From Felis catus (taxonomy: Eukaryota), in the NCBI RefSeq assembly GCF_018350175.1, contig NC_058368.1, forward strand, positions 144,896,001 to 144,960,000: a DNA stretch of 64,000 nucleotides, read 5' to 3'. The position numbers and the translations under genes are program-made. The notes under the pieces are model-generated. The model was not told the DNA's origin. It made no database searches and was given only the letters and a program-made list of their open reading frames with translations. This document shows positions 62,957-64,000 of the stretch, piece by piece (the first letter of the stretch is position 1; every line of letters starts with the position of its first letter).

Positions 62957-64000
62957 CAGTAAAGCCTTGGATTGCAAGTAACTTGTTCTGTGAGTGTTCC
63001 GCAAGACAAGCAAACATTTCCAATAAATTTTAACTTGATAAATGAGTGATGTCTTGCAATATGAGTAGTACGTGACACCAGATGTCACATGATCACAAGT
63101 GAGCCAATGCCAATGGTTCTTCTCTCTCTCACTGCAGGATTGCCAGTATCGTCTTCCATGCTCAGATGCTTGGTCTCAGGCCACAGTGTTTGGCAGAAAT
63201 CAGTGATTTTTCAGAACATTGGAAGGTGTTCACAACTGGCACTAGTGTATTTTTTGTTACTTCAAAGCACCTATGGACAGTCCCTTGCTTTTCCATGTAA
63301 GAGTAAGCTTGGGAATGCTTTGCTTCATTCTAGGTCAGGGTGCCTGCAGATATAGACCCTTTCCTCTGCTGCCTTATTGCCAGTTACATTAAACACAGTA
63401 TATGACAAGAGCTTATTAATACTGTACTGTAGTCAACATCCATACAAGCATATACAATGGCCCACTGGAGACAAAGGTTGAAAAGAAAGACAGTAAGAAG
63501 AAGGAGATGATTATGGTGGAAGTTAAGAAGGAAATCACTGAGAAGTATGAACAAGGTACGCGAGTGGCCGAAATAGCAAGATTTTATAAAGTCTGCATCT
63601 GTATCTCGTCTGCACAGGAGGAGGAGGAAAAGGCGGAGGAACCCCTCATTTCAAATAAGATTAGAGAGATGTGTAAGATGTGGGAAACAGTGCAAAATTT
63701 TGTAGAAAAGCACCACCCAAATTATGCTATAGCAGTGTGAGCAATGAGTCTAACAATAGTGCAATGTCATATTTCCATGAAATCTTCAAAAGGAGGCAAA
63801 AGCAACATTACTGGATAGGTTCCCTATTAGAGTTGCACGAAAAGAAAAAGATTCAACTGAGCCAATAGATAGCAGTGATTCCACTAGTGATAGTGAAAGT
63901 CATCCTACACAATAACCCTCCTCTCTCTTGTCTCCCTCACACCAGCCATGAAGGTTTTCAAAGGTTAGTGTAGGTGAATTTGTTAGTTTTTCTTTATATT
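62957..64000 (+). mobile_element. TcMar-Tigger/pogo-type DNA transposon, internally deleted, runs off the window
   Basis: Starts CAGT; ORF 63507..63740 has a CENP-B/psq-like HTH (VEVKKEITEKYEQGTRVAEIARFY) joined to an acidic transposase C-terminal segment. Confidence 0.85.

Noticed and set aside
41885..64000. Search for the upstream SSBP2 exon ending AFHDY
   Set aside because: Not found by eye; it probably lies beyond the window.

Overview
AT-rich mammalian genomic DNA from a felid (cat-type CAN-SINEs and cat-type L1 3' ends). The whole window lies inside the SSBP2 gene (LDB1/LIM-complex cofactor) on the minus strand. Five coding exons are present: 41795-41884 (90 nt), 20416-20475 (60 nt), 8634-8700 (67 nt), 7832-7902 (71 nt) and 1085-1152 (68 nt, with an in-frame alternative acceptor at 1176 adding SDPWLSLQ). 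They are about exons 5-9 by human numbering from memory, all with AG/GT boundaries and consistent phases. The rest is intron: about 40 tRNA-derived CAN-SINEs, two young 5'-truncated L1s with target-site duplications (TSDs), old L1/L2/MIR/MLT1/hAT/Tigger fragments and microsatellites. Almost all ORFs in the six-frame track are repeat-derived or chance. I found no evidence of a new multi-gene system. The best leads are non-coding: a ~180-nt inverted repeat beside a 92-bp tandem duplication (49 kb), an orphan GC-rich poly(A)-tailed insert (33.6 kb), a 61-bp dispersed duplication bracketed by a 10-bp inverted repeat, an Oct/Sox/homeodomain motif cluster overlapping a candidate antisense exon (27.6-27.9 kb), several candidate poison exons, inverted young SINEs around skippable exons, and a SINE with an apparent 3' transduction. 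Repeat family names and boundaries were assigned by eye and are approximate.
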